DNA of 64,000 bases from Octopus vulgaris (GCA_951406725.2 OX597814.1:84258001-84322000), one strand, 5' to 3'. Positions 43,336 through 55,964 are shown, counted from the first letter of the stretch. The notes: generated from the sequence alone by a model not told the origin. Made by a program: numbers and translations.

Positions 43336-43622
43336 TGGACATTTGTAATTTTTTTTAGTAACTATTACTCATTGTGTCCCACTCCTATTGTAGTTATGCA
43401 TTATGATGAGTTGTTATAAAAGTGTATGCGACGATGCAGTTCAAAAGTTCTTAATCATAGACAAAAAAATATAGTACTGCGCAAAAATTTCTCCCACTTA
43501 CAATTCAGACTTATAGAGGTCTCTGTAAACACAATGGCAGCAACTGGTTGAGTTCTCACAAACATCTCTATCTATGGGGAAAGATGAGCTCACAGTTACT
43601 CAAATATATCAAATGATCCTTC

Positions 43623-46205
43623 ATGCGATATGTTGAATTATGTATAGTTCAACATAAAAGCAAGCATTATATATATATATATATATATATATATACGCAC
43701 ACACACTCACACAAACACACACACACACACACACATACACACAAATATATATATATATTGAAAAGTAGCATACATAATACCAAAAACAAGACAGAAAACA
43801 TAACGAAACCAAGTAAAGTACCACAACCAAAACGCAAAATTCATCAAGCAAACATCAACAGGAATATAAATCATAACCAGAAAAAAATCCATTTTTTTAC
43901 GTCAGGACAACAAACACCGGAGAAAGAAAAAAATCCAAGAGGAAACATACCCCAAACAACTGAACGTATAGATCCTAAAATAATTAATTTATCAAAAAGA
44001 GATCTTGACAATGATGAAATCCAACTTCTGTCAAAAGGACTGAAATTCACACCTAAACCAACAGCCAACCACCAAGAATTAAAGGAGGATATCCAAAAAT
44101 TCTGTCGAAAATTACGACTTGTAGAATTCTTCGCTAACAAAAGTAATGAGATTGATGAATCCCTAGTAAGGAATAAATCAAATTTCACCCCACCAAAAGG
44201 AAGAAATAACTACCTTGACCAATACATTGATATCCTGTCTAAATTTCCCCTTAGACGCAATACCAATGTTAGGCCAAACATTAGCAAATCAGAGATGTCT
44301 GCATGTAAACGTATACAAAACGATCAAACAATAATAATTAAACAAGCAGATAAAGGTGGTGCAATTGTTATTATGGATACCGAATACTATAAGGATTTGG
44401 TTGAAGACCAACTGAAGGATACAACCTTCTATTGTGAAATACCCGCAAATATAGACCACCACATCATGAAAAAGATCAACAACCTGATTTCAACACACCA
44501 CAACTCACTTACGGATAATGAAAAAGACTACATCACCAATTTTGAACCAAAACCCAGCAACTTCTACGGCTTACCAAAAATACACAAATCAAAAAACATT
44601 CAACAGGCAGTAAAAGAACAAGAAAGTGAGTACATAAAATTATTACATCCAAAAGACCTAAAACTTAGACCTATTATAGCTGGTCCAGCATGCCCTACAC
44701 ACCGTCTAAGCAATTTTATTGACATTGTTTTGAAACCACTATGTACTTACATACCAAGTTTCATCAGGGATGACATCGACTTCCTGTCCCATCTTCCCAA
44801 AACAACAGAAACAAATTCAGTTTTACTAAGTTTTGATGTGGTAAGCCTCTACACCAATATTCCACACGATTTAGGAATAAAGGCGATTAAATACTGGTTA
44901 GAAAAACATAGAGAAGTGATTCCCAGCAGATTCACAGTGCCATTTATATTAGACACAGTCAAACTTATTCTAGAAAATAACACATTCTTCTTCAATGGAA
45001 AGAATTACATCCAAATTAGAGGCACGGCGATGGGAACGAGGTTTGCTCCCGTTTACGCCAACTCTGTAATGGGATACTTAGAAGAACAACTCTACCAAGA
45101 GGTGGAGGTAAACTATGGCACTGGATTTAGAAAGTATATTGAAAAGGCATGGAAGAGATACCTAGACGACTGTTTCATAATCTGGACAGAATCTCTAAAT
45201 ACTCTGGAAGAGTTCAATATCCTCCTGAACAACCTACACCCATCTCTCAAATTTACAAAGGAGATGAGTAGTACCAAATTACCATTCCTGGATATAATGG
45301 TAATTAAAAAAGACACCACCATCACCACAGATATATACTATAAACACACAGACACACATCAATACCTAAATTTTAAGTCGTGCCATCCACCACATACAAA
45401 ACGTAACATCCCATACTGCCTAGCCAGAAGAATTTGTACTATTGTAGAAGATGCAAATATCAGGAACAAACGCCTAATAGAACTAAGAGAATTTTTGCTC
45501 AAACAAAAATACCCATCTCTACTTATAGAAAATGGCATACAGCGGGCTATAAAAATACCTATACAACAACTTAGGACAACCCAAGGAAGAGGAAAACAAG
45601 AACAAGTCATACCATTCATAGTGACACACAACCCATGTCACCAGAATATCTTCAACATTGCCAAAGCAAACCTACCAATCATTGCCCAAAGTAATGAATT
45701 AAAAGACATAATCAAGGATCGAGCTATGGTGCTTAGTAAAAGACAGCCTAAAAACTTGAAAACATTACTAACAAAGGCAAAATTTGACCTCAGCAACAAA
45801 GACCAAACATTCACGGTATCTAAATGCAATGATAGCCGATGTGGCACATGCCAATTCATACATACCGGTCAATATATAAACACAAAAACAGGGAAAATAT
45901 TCACAAACGCGAATATGAACTGCAAAAGCAGAAATTTAATTTACTGCATCAAATGCCCAAATTGTGAAGAAATATATGTAGGTCAGACGGGAAACGCACT
46001 ATTAGAACGCTCACGTGTACACCGGCAACAGATTAGAGACCCAGAGGTACGTCAGATACCTTTGAGTAACCACCTAGCAACATGTGGTCGGAAAATATAT
46101 ATAATATTTCCATTCTACAAATTACACAGCCCAAGTGAAATCGAGAGGAAAATCAGAGAAAAGAATTTTATTGATAAATTCGAACCCAAGCTAAATAAGC
46201 AATAA
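43623..46205 (+). CDS. PLE polyprotein: reverse transcriptase, Cys linker, GIY-YIG endonuclease (true start uncertain; first ~45 codons are flank/microsatellite)
   Basis: LLSKGLKFTP, IIKQADKGGAIVIMD, FYGLPKIHK, LRPII, SFDVVSLYTNIP, GTAMG, RYLDD, LPFLD, CNDSRCGTC (C-x4-C-x2-C linker typical of Neptune), LIYCIKCPNCEEIYVGQT, R...H, E..FI...P.LN. No stops or frameshifts. Confidence 0.95.
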   Translation: MRYVELCIVQHKSKHYIYIYIYIYTHTHSHKHTHTHTHTHKYIYILKSSIHNTKNKTENITKPSKVPQPKRKIHQANINRNINHNQKKIHFFTSGQQTPEKEKNPRGNIPQTTERIDPKIINLSKRDLDNDEIQLLSKGLKFTPKPTANHQELKEDIQKFCRKLRLVEFFANKSNEIDESLVRNKSNFTPPKGRNNYLDQYIDILSKFPLRRNTNVRPNISKSEMSACKRIQNDQTIIIKQADKGGAIVIMDTEYYKDLVEDQLKDTTFYCEIPANIDHHIMKKINNLISTHHNSLTDNEKDYITNFEPKPSNFYGLPKIHKSKNIQQAVKEQESEYIKLLHPKDLKLRPIIAGPACPTHRLSNFIDIVLKPLCTYIPSFIRDDIDFLSHLPKTTETNSVLLSFDVVSLYTNIPHDLGIKAIKYWLEKHREVIPSRFTVPFILDTVKLILENNTFFFNGKNYIQIRGTAMGTRFAPVYANSVMGYLEEQLYQEVEVNYGTGFRKYIEKAWKRYLDDCFIIWTESLNTLEEFNILLNNLHPSLKFTKEMSSTKLPFLDIMVIKKDTTITTDIYYKHTDTHQYLNFKSCHPPHTKRNIPYCLARRICTIVEDANIRNKRLIELREFLLKQKYPSLLIENGIQRAIKIPIQQLRTTQGRGKQEQVIPFIVTHNPCHQNIFNIAKANLPIIAQSNELKDIIKDRAMVLSKRQPKNLKTLLTKAKFDLSNKDQTFTVSKCNDSRCGTCQFIHTGQYINTKTGKIFTNANMNCKSRNLIYCIKCPNCEEIYVGQTGNALLERSRVHRQQIRDPEVRQIPLSNHLATCGRKIYIIFPFYKLHSPSEIERKIREKNFIDKFEPKLNKQ

Positions 46206-46886
46206 TAATAATACTTAGAGGTATTACTTCCACTGCTACGACCATGACCACTAACAACAACAACAATACTAAAGGTGATCAAGACGAAGATAGCAGGAAA
46301 ATTATCTTATTTAGGGTTAAAAGTTCTATTGCCACCACCATCACCACTAGCAACAATAATTAAGGTGCTGACAATGATGATGATGACAATTGAAATATAA
46401 AAATATAAAAATCTCTGACAAAGGATATTTACAACATTTCTAAAAATAACCCAACAATTGCTGCTTCGGCCAGGGTCAAGATACAGGACTCTTGACCTGT
46501 CCAACAAAGCGTGATGCCTAAACCAATCAGCTCAACCAACCAATCAGCTTAAGTAATTGAGTGATACTACACACTGATTGGTCAGAATACAGTTTGCAAA
46601 ACCTAGCACTCTGGAGCCTACCCAGCTGTATTTATAGCACAGAATCACTCATCTTGCTACAGTCAAAAATTGTGAAGCATGACTGTCAACACTACTACAT
46701 GAACCCGAAGATTGCAGAATTCAATGCATGAAAGTACTAGTTCAATCAGAATGAATATTTAACATTCTACTATTTCATTTTATTTTATTCAACTATAATA
46801 TATTATCTTATAATATATCATTATAAGATTGTAAATAAAACGTGAAAATCAGACAAGGTTGGAATTCTTTTTATTAATATATTCTT
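43760..46886 (+). mobile_element. Penelope-like retroelement, Neptune-type, with 3' pseudo-LTR
   Basis: Long ORF followed by a ~680-bp 3' region with CCAAT boxes, a TATA-like box and an HHR. Bounded by TA/CA microsatellites. Confidence 0.93.
46700..46744 (+). ncRNA. Minimal hammerhead motif in the PLE pseudo-LTR (U4>C variant)
   Basis: UGAAC-CCGAAGA-uUGCA gaauucaa UGCAu-GAAA-GUAC-UA-GUUCA: 5-bp stem I, 4-bp stem II, palindromic stem III AGUACU. Confidence 0.75.
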
Positions 46887-46906
46887 CTATACACAATCAC
46901 ACACCC

Positions 46907-46977
<71 letters not shown>

Positions 46978-47454
46978 ACACAGACTCCCGTATGTGAAAG
47001 TGGGGTGTAAATGAATGAAAGCGAGGTCATATAACAATGATAACAGGTATCGGTGAGACAATGTCTTGCTACCAGACACACGAAAGATTAACACATGTAG
47101 CTACTGGCTAGTGCAGTTCAGTTCTTCACTGGATCATATTGCTGGGATGTTTGATGATCGTCGACTGAGACAGACAACTAATATTTGTGTCTGTGTGTAT
47201 GTGCATGTGTGCGTATGGATGCGTATGCGTGTACATGTGTGTGTGTATGTGTGTGTGTGTGTTTGTGTGTATGTGTGTTTGAAAGTAGTTATTTTTGAAA
47301 GAGGAATCGTGTTACTGTTGATAATGACATATGGTTGTAATTGAAGAGTGTTAAGGTGGTTGTGGTTGCGGTGGTGATGGTGGTGGGTGTGGTGCTGGTG
47401 GTACTGGTGCTGGGACTGGAGGCGGCTGTGGTGGTTAATTTAATTTATATTGCT

Positions 47455-47458
47455 GGTG

Positions 47459-47494
<36 letters not shown>

Positions 47495-47870
47495 GGAGGA
47501 GGAGGAGGAGGAGGAGGAGGAGTCGGTGATGGTTTGGAGGAGGAGGAAGAGGGGGAGAGGAGGAGTCGGTGGTGGTATGGAGGAGGAGGGGGGAAGAGGA
47601 GAGGGAGGTGTGGAGGAGGAAGGCAGGGGAAGTGGAGGGAGGATAAGGGGAAATGAGGAGGAGGTGGCGGAGGAGGAGGGGAGAAGGGGGAAGAGGAGAA
47701 GGAGGTGTGGAGGAGGAAAGGATGGGAAGTGGAGGGAGGATAAGGGGAAATGAGGAGGAGGAGGAGGAGGAGCAGGAGCAGGAGGAGCAGGAGCAGGAGG
47801 AGCAGGAGCAGGAGCAGGAGGAGGAGGAGCAGGAGGAGGAGGAGCAGGATGAAGAGTGGTAGTAGTAGTA
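47455..47870. repeat. Polypurine (GGA)n-rich low-complexity tract with an ~85-bp internal duplication
   Basis: GGAAGAGGAGA.GGAGGTGTGGAGGAGGAAG...GGATAAGGGGAAATGAGGAGG occurs twice. Confidence 0.9.
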
Positions 47871-48095
47871 GCTATGATTGCTTTAGAATGTAGTTAAGAG
47901 AAGAATAATCAATGTTACCAATGTGGGGCTAAGGTCCGAGCCCACACTTGCGTTTGGGACGCCGAATATTCCTTGTTCTTACTAAAGATATATATCTTTG
48001 AGTTCTGAGGACTCAGACTGCCTAAGCAACACGTCTGACAACTGCTCAAACAAGTAAAGCAATTCAGACTGAAAAAAAAATGTCAATATCTACAA

Positions 48096-48297
48096 CAGAG
48101 ATGGGCAAATTACGACCGGCGGGCTTTTCTAATTGGCAGGTTTCATTTTATGGAGAAAATAACACACGCATAATTTAATTTGTTTTCTTTGGGTTTTTCA
48201 AGTAGTGCGGCCCACTATAGTTATGTGTTATGCAGTCCACTATATGATGAGCTATGTCTCATGCGGCCCGCTTTTCGAAAAAGTTTGTCCATGCCTA
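48096..48297. mobile_element. hAT-type MITE (~200 bp)
   Basis: Ends CAGAGATGGGCAAATT / AGTTTGTCCATGCCTA, internal GCGGCCC motifs, 8-bp target duplication ATCTACAA / ATCTACAG. Confidence 0.85.
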
Positions 48298-49292
48298 ATC
48301 TACAGCGTTGTTGTGTCTGTTGCTGCTATAGGTATTCAATCCTAAACCAGATGTGATGTAGCAGACCAATAATCAAAGGCGTTTCAGCTGTGACCATCGC
48401 ATTTTTTTTCAAACATTAATGTGATCCATCGCCCCTCTCCTTTCAACTTTGCTGCTTTAACCCACCAGTCCCTTTTTTCTTTTCTTTCTTTTTCTTATCT
48501 CTTTTTTTCTGTTTGTTTCTCTTAAATGTTATAATTGTTTTGATTACAATAGACATCAAAAATTTTATATATTTATTCATTCATTATAAATTCATATATT
48601 TCTTTCTCCTGTATCAAGCCCATTTATTAAATTATAGAAAAGAAAAATTACAGGAAATATTATTATAACAAGAAAACTTTATATAAAGTATCCTGTCATT
48701 TTATTTTTGAAAGAATAGGACGTGATTTGAAGAACCTTTGGTTAGTGTTTCTCGCAAGTCGAGCAGCCAAGTAGCAGTTCTTTATTTGAATCGTATCGAT
48801 AGTGGTGAAAGCTGTAGAATAAGGATCAACCGAAGAGAAACGAATCTACATCCCGTTTTCGATTTCTGAGAGGTTCTATTTAATTCAGTTCTGCCACTAA
48901 TGCAGCCTTTGCCTGTTCTGTGTATCACATCTGATATATATATATATATCTGGCGCATATATAATGCATATTTTAAAGTTTCGATATTATCCAACAACTA
49001 ATATATTACCAACACATATTTCCCGCCTGCTAAACCAAAATAACCTCCCGTAACTAAAAGCATGGACGTTTAGGACAAACTTGTGAAAATGGAAAGGCAA
49101 AGAGTTGAGTAAGGCGTGAATGTCTCACAATCCCTTCCCCCCCCCCATCTCTCTCTCTCCCTCTCTCATAAATAAGAATGAGCCTGATTAAATCAAAAGC
49201 AGCCACTGTAGTGTTGATGTGAACCAATCAATATTTTTTTTTATTTGATTAAAATTACACGCATCGTGTGGAGAAAAATCGTTATTTTAATT

Positions 49293-49344
49293 ACTAATTC
49301 TGATGAGGAAAGGCAGGGGAGACGATCCTGAAGCGTTAATTAGT
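49293..49344 (+). ncRNA. Degenerate hammerhead motif
   Basis: ACUAAUU-CUGAUGA-GGA...UCCU-GAAG-CG-UU-AAUUAGU: 7-bp stem I, GAAA mutated to GAAG. Confidence 0.55.
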
Positions 49345-50039
49345 TTATTAAAATTAATGAAATGTAGAATGCAGCGGGGAGTAAACAGTAGAACGACAAC
49401 TCCGGACGTATTTCATAAGTAGATCTCATCAGTAAACCACAGCCTATTGCCACTTTTCAGACTGAACGGAGAGGATATTGGACTATAGTGAATGATCACT
49501 GGGGGACGTGAGAGCTTAAAAGAGACACCTGCAATATTAGAAACAGATAGTGAAATAGTGGGTAGCATACTTGAGACAATGTGCTAAGAAATTCTAATTC
49601 AGTGATATAGGCATAGTGATAAGAAAAATCATCAGTTCAATAATTGAGTTTAATTTAATAAATATAGATTGCAATAAATATAATCAATAACAGTTTAGTT
49701 ATAGAAGAAATAGTAAAGAACTTTTCTTAGTTGATTTCTTCATTCGCTGTATGTTAAAACAATTACACAATGAATGGAAATAGAAAGTTCAAATTTGGCC
49801 TTTTGGCAACTTATTTGCTAAGTTCGTAGTACAATACTATTTAAGAAGTCATACAATCTCGGGGTTTATAAAAAAACGAATTCACTTTTACCACAAACAC
49901 AAATACAATGACTTAGCAACACGATTTCTTTCAGACAGATATTGGAAGTTTAATAGCTTGCGATACAAAGTACATTAAAAATTGTGTCTAATGTCTGATA
50001 CTTTTATTATGAATCACGGAAGACGAAAGGCAAACTCGA

Positions 50040-50660
50040 CCCCAGTTAAATTCGAACACATGTAGTGTGTATAGTACTACATCAGGGGTATTTAACAATT
50101 TTCGGCTGCATGCGTGACGTCGGCGTCGATGGACAAGTCGATAGAAGCGAGAGGCCAGTTGGTGAGGAGTTTCTGAAGGTAGAGAAGGCATCTACGCCTC
50201 GAAGTCAAAGAGGGAGCCGAAACCTCACCTGCCTTCGGGAACCCATAAACGAGCATCGCAAAATGGAGTAATTTGTTCCAGTCTTGTGGACTGTTGATAG
50301 CAAGTGCTTGATCTATGGACGGTGCTAGCGCTTTGAAAACAAAATCATGAGCAGCTTTGGGGATCCTGATGATGATTCTCCGCGACTGCCGACGACGGGA
50401 GATCGATGCTTAGGCTTCGCAACCAAACAGCGAAACATGAATCGATTCTGTGCCTTCTTCATCTATCGGTACTCTTCTAGATGATGAGTGCATTCGTATT
50501 GAAGTAGCGCGACGCCTCGGTCTCGGTGAGTGTGAGTCATACAAATGCCGTTGAGGAACGGTAGTTGATGAATTCAGACTGATTCCATTATCCTGCAGCC
50601 TTAGCGCCAGTCGATTCTCCCAACGCGCCACTAAATTCAAAATTGACCATCGACTTCGAA
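50040..50660 (-). mobile_element. Possible LTR-retrotransposon leader/gag remnant
   Basis: CpG-rich island; minus strand TTTAGTGGCGCG resembles a PBS, followed by weak gag-like relics. Confidence 0.3.
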
Positions 50661-50735
50661 CGAATATGTGGTAGGAGAGAGACGGTATGTGTATTTGTAT
50701 ATGTGTGTGTACGTATGTGTGTCCGTGTGTGTGAA

Positions 50736-50782
<47 letters not shown>

Positions 50783-51236
50783 AGGACGTGAGAATACAAA
50801 ATGACGTCATAATACACTTGAATTTTACTTCGAAGCAAACATCAAGAGAACATACAATCACAAACACATTGTTTTCTTTGCAGTCATTTTATTAGGATGG
50901 CTGAATGGTCAAACACTTCTGGCTTACCGTGATTATCATTTATAAAGCAAGTAAAAAGTCTTTCTATAATTATTTCCTTAAGTTCTACTAGCTTTTCTGA
51001 AAATCTTTCCCTCTTCTTTTTTTTCAAAACAAAAGAACAAAAAAGATTAGTTTAGCGTTTAGAAAAGTCGTTCTTTGTTTACTATTACGAATTCATCTTT
51101 TCTGTTTTTCCTTTTGCGTTTGTTTCCGTATTCTTATAATTTGTTGCTCCTCAATAACGACTTTTCATTCATTTCTAAAGTCATGGAGGACTCGGAGGTA
51201 GCGACTTGTAAGATATGTATGGTGTAGAATGACATA

Positions 51237-51453
51237 TAGTAATGGCTTCAAAATTTGGCATAAGGCCAGCAATTTTAAGGTGGGGTAAGTCGATTACTTC
51301 GATTCCAGTGTCAACCGGTACTTATTTTATCGACTTCGAAAGGACGAAAGACAAGGTCGACCTCGGTGGAATTTGACCTCATAACGTAAAGTGGAGCGAA
51401 ACGCCGCTAAACATTTTTCCCGGCATGCTAACGATTCTGCTAACTCACCGTCC
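51237..51453 (-). mobile_element. Family A SINE with 12-bp target duplication; partial head-to-head copy at 51485-51572
   Basis: TAGAATGACATA at 51225-51236 and 51454-51465. Confidence 0.9.
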
Positions 51454-52242
51454 TAGAATGACATAATATTTTTTCTGCTTAAAAGGCGGTGAGCTGGCAG
51501 AACCATTAGCACGCCGGGCAAAACGCTTAGCAGCATTTCGTCCGTCTTTGCGTTCTGAGTTCAAATTCCTCCAGGTGGTGGCTTTTAAACAAGTGTGACA
51601 TGTATTCATCCTGTTTATATTTTAAGGTCCTTTTAGAGTAAATTTCTTCCTCTTTTGTTGCCAAGTCTACTAAGAACTCGGTAAAAAGAATGATGCCATT
51701 GTTTTCTTTCCATGGGGTTGAAATTTAAAATGATATTTTTGAAAATTTTTGAAGAAAAAGCATTCATTTAAAAGTTGTTATCATCTTCGCAAGCCAGCTA
51801 ACAAGAGTAGACATTAACAGATTTGGCGAGAGTAAAAGAATTTGCCACTCAAAAGTTTTCCTCCACTTTTCCTATGAGCATACCCCCTCTGACAGTAACA
51901 TACTTCAATGAGTAACATAATAGCCACTGCAGTGGGCAGCAGTGACGATAACAACCACCAGACAAAGAGAAAGAACTTCCAAGTCAAGATAAAAACAATA
52001 CCGTCAACACTTGCCTTATCACGGGAAATGAACTTTTGTACTAGCAACAAATACAATCACTTCAGCAACAGAGTGACAAAAGTAACACTACTACTTGTTG
52101 CTACTCATAAACCAGCTGCATCACCACCAATCTGGCCGCCGAATGCTGCAGCAGCAGTAGTAACAACAAAAAAGTACGGCTAGATTGCGGGTTTATTAAC
52201 ATACTGCCATAGCATTGATTGGAGAGTGATAATTAAGAAACC

Positions 52243-52772
52243 ATAATTAAATCTCAGAATGAGATTGAAACAGTAATCGCTCGATAATGTAAAGTATAGA
52301 AGCCATCTTATCATGGCTAACCACATTGGGGAGGGAGTGTTACTGTAGCTTTATAGCCCCAAGAGATCTTCGTCTCTAGCTGGCTTTAGACACAATATCT
52401 GTGTCCTTGGAGTATTTGCAAAGGGAGGCCATCCCTTCCTCGCAAGCCTGAGTGATACGCTCGAACTAGTTTCGGGATTTTTGTCCCTCGTCAACGGGCG
52501 ATAACCACCAGGTAGCGATGAAAGAGAAGGCTCCTTTGCAAATAGATATAAGTTTTTCTAATGGCATCTGCCACTGATGTCGAAAAACGAACAGTAAGCA
52601 TAATTAAATCTCAGAATGAGATTGAAACAGTAATCGCTCGATAATGTAAAGTAAAGGACAGAGATATTGTGTCTAAAGCCAGCTAGAGACGAAGATCTCT
52701 TGGGGCTATAAAGCTACAGTAACACCCCCTCCCCAATGTGGTTAGCCATGATAAGATGGCTTCTATACTTTA
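52243..52772 (-). mobile_element. ORF-less HHR-containing element (retrozyme / non-autonomous PLE); 357-bp period, inverted 5' copy, 12-bp TSD
   Basis: 52242-52296 repeats at 52599-52653; 52654-52772 is the inverse of 52290-52408; AATTAAGAAACC at 52231-52242 and 52773-52784. Confidence 0.88.
52458..52500 (-). ncRNA. Minimal type-I hammerhead ribozyme (site between 52464 and 52463)
   Basis: CGCCCG-UUGACGA-GGGA caaaaa UCCC-GAAA-CUAG-UU-CGAGCG: perfect 4-bp stem II, palindromic stem III ACUAGU, one mismatch in stem I. Confidence 0.82.
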
Positions 52773-52873
52773 AATTAAGAAACCGTTTTCCTAATAATAA
52801 AGCATCATTTCCTGAAACATGTTTGAAACGGTGTCACGTGATGACGGAGTGTCGTGGATTCAAAATGATGAAC

Positions 52874-53255
52874 TCAATATCTCATGTGACCACCGTAGGC
52901 GTTGATTACTACTACCAGGCATCTTCTGTACATTGAATGCACCAAACGATTGATGAAGGCCATGGGGATAGCAGCCCACACTATTAAAACTTGCAGTGAG
53001 TTGTGCCGCAGTTGTCGGTTTAGACGGATGTCATTAAACCTTCTTTGGATATCGTCCCGCAGGTGCTCTATTGGGTTCAGATCCGGACTTAGGGCAGGCC
53101 ACGGCAGTGTCTGGATGTTGTGCTGTTGGAGGAAGTCTGTTGTCAACCTGACAGTATGGGCACGGGCGTTGTTGTGTTGGAACAGGGGATTCCGATGACA
53201 AGCAAAGTATGACACAATGTGAGGCCTCAACACTTGTCTTCTGTAAATACATGTT
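52874..53255 (-). mobile_element. Tc1-like (DD34E) transposase C-terminal remnant
   Basis: FQHNNARAH...FLQQHNIQTLPWPALSPDLNPIEHL...INRLVHSMYRRC...GGHMRY. Confidence 0.9.
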
Positions 53256-53831
53256 CAGCCATGGAGAGAAATTACTTTGTTAACAGGTGAAAATTGGCGA
53301 CAATCTGCCTCAACGAATTCCGTATGGTCCATGCAAACTTGGAAAAGTGGACGTTGAAAAGATAATGTGTGTGTGTGTGTCCATGCATGCCATGGTGTGT
53401 GTGTTCGTATGTGTATGTGTGTGCGTGCGTGTGTGTGTGTGTGCATGTGTGTGTGTGTGAGAGAGAGAGAAAGAGAGAGTGAGTGTGTGTGTGTGTGCGC
53501 GTGTCTTTAATTGTTTGGTCATTCTGACATCTGAACAACGGACTGTCCTTGTACCTACTTTACCGAAAGCGACTGCCTTAGTTGTCTTATTATTCTTTTT
53601 TATTCTTTTACTTGCTTGTCGTTGGGCTGTGACTATGCTGGGGTACCGCCTTGAAGGGTTAAAGGCGAGAAAATCGACTCCAGTACTTACATTTTAAATC
53701 TGGTAGTTATTCGATTTGTCTCTTTTTATCGAAACGCTTGTCTACGGGGATGTATACAAACCAACAACGGTTGTCAATTGGTGAGAGATAAACATAAACA
53801 CGTATAATAGGCAGACATATATACTAACTGT

Positions 53832-53868
<37 letters not shown>

Positions 53869-53895
53869 TAGATAGATAGATAGATAGATAGATAT

Positions 53896-53985
<90 letters not shown>

Positions 53986-55428
53986 GCAGGTGTTTGTTCG
54001 AACCCCATATCCGGTAATTACGTATTTTTCCGACAGCAAAGCTATACGGTTTCAAAAGTGTGCTTATGTTGTATTTTTATTGTAGTTCTGGACAAAATGT
54101 TTTGCAATGTTTAGTCACGTTCTTTTACATTCTGTATCTACATTTTACAAAAGTCAACTTTTCTTTCCATCTTTCCACGCTCTATAGAACATGAATCAGA
54201 CATTTACATGACTTGGTTCAATCGACTATTTCCATTCTACAGTATTTTCTAACTATATTATTTGATCGATTTGAATATTTCTAATGTAAACGCTTATCGT
54301 CTAACGCATATGCAAACACACTCAGTTTTATTGGTTGTATTACTTGTTAAAATAGCGCAGTAATCGAAGAAACAAAACAAGTTTAATTAGCCTCGTCAGA
54401 ATTTAAAAGTTTTCTGTTCTGAAAGTGTGAGCAGAGGCTCTAAATCCTGCTCGAACATCTTTTTTATGCATCGTAGCGAGAAATACCCGTAAGTAAAGTA
54501 ATATCCCGAGTTCTAGAACTTTACGGTTTTCAAGTCACGTAAGGGGCCGAAATTACAACATTCACCAATCGTCGCAGGATTACTCATTTGTAGTTGAGTG
54601 GATTGGAGCAACGTGAAGGAAAGAGTTTTGCTCAAGAACACAACACATCTGGAAATCGTAACCACGATTCTACGAGCAGCACCCTAACCATTATGCCACG
54701 TGCCTTCAAAAAAATTAAAATGCCCGTACTGTATTATAATTTAGTTATATTAAGTTCAACATTTATGTTTATCTGATTTATTACATAAAGAACTACAGTT
54801 CCTAATTATTTAGTTCGAGAAAATGTTTCCTAGTTATAGCATCCACCGTATTGTAGATAAAAACCCTGTTTTCATAGATGAATTAGTTTCATATTAGCCA
54901 CTTGTCATACCGCTATCATTTACAAAAGAAAAATAAGTCAGTATCAAGAAATTTAACAAGCAGAAAAAGAAAACAAAGAAAATGAAACAAAGTTAAAATT
55001 GGAAACCATCTATGTAGGAAACAAATCTCAAAATATGCGACAAAGCGCTATAGAAAGAAATTAACTGCACCAGCTTCAACCACAACCATAGCAGCAGTCA
55101 CTTTAACAACTTCAAGTAATGTACCCATACCTCAACAGCAAGCAGAATCTTACTAAAATAAGCCGCTAAAGAAACTTTCCATACAAAAACCACTCTTTCT
55201 CACTTCTGTGTCCCTTATCATCCAAGAACACAAGACCACAAAATACGTGTACGTTCCACCAGGTTCACAACCGTGTCTCATTACTATCATATTCGGAGCT
55301 TTGAATATTTCTACTCCACTGCTGTTGTCGTTGTCGTCTTGGTCGTCATCCTCGTGCTTGACTTTCTTATTTTTATTGTCGTTGTTATTATAAATGTTTG
55401 TGTTAGGCATTGTTCTATTTATCCATCC

Positions 55429-55588
<160 letters not shown>

Positions 55589-55633
55589 GTCTGTCTGTCT
55601 GTCTGCCTATCTGTCTATCTAAAATTCTATATA

Positions 55634-55933
55634 TTGGGCAATCCCATAAATAATGCGGTTTTTTTTTCAATTGCATGAATTAAAAGTCAGAGCGGGGCGA
55701 GATAAACTACCTGCATCAACTTGCTATAAAAGCAAGTGATAGTTTTACCTTGTACTTATTCTTAGTGCAGGTTTTGACGAGTACAGGTCTATTTTAAGTT
55801 ATTTTATCAAAGCTATAATGGAAGTGACAAAGAAGCATACTCGGCATATTTTGCTTTGAGTTCAATAAAGGCAACAACGCAACGGAAAGTGCGTGGAATA
55901 TTAATGCAGTATATGGAGATCGGACAATAAGTG
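55634..55933 (+). mobile_element. 5' end of a mariner element (TIR plus HTH N-terminus), truncated
   Basis: TA|TTGGGCAATCCCATAAATAATGCG end. From 55818 it reads MEVTKKHTRHILL/EFNKGNNATESAWNINAVYGDRTIS with a frameshift. Confidence 0.8.
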
Positions 55934-55964
55934 TGTGTTGTATGTGTGTGTGTGTGTTATGTGT

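Noticed and set aside
43871-45859. Minus-strand ORFs inside the PLE (and antisense ORFs at 59550-61338)
   Set aside because: Antisense shadows of the real ORF.
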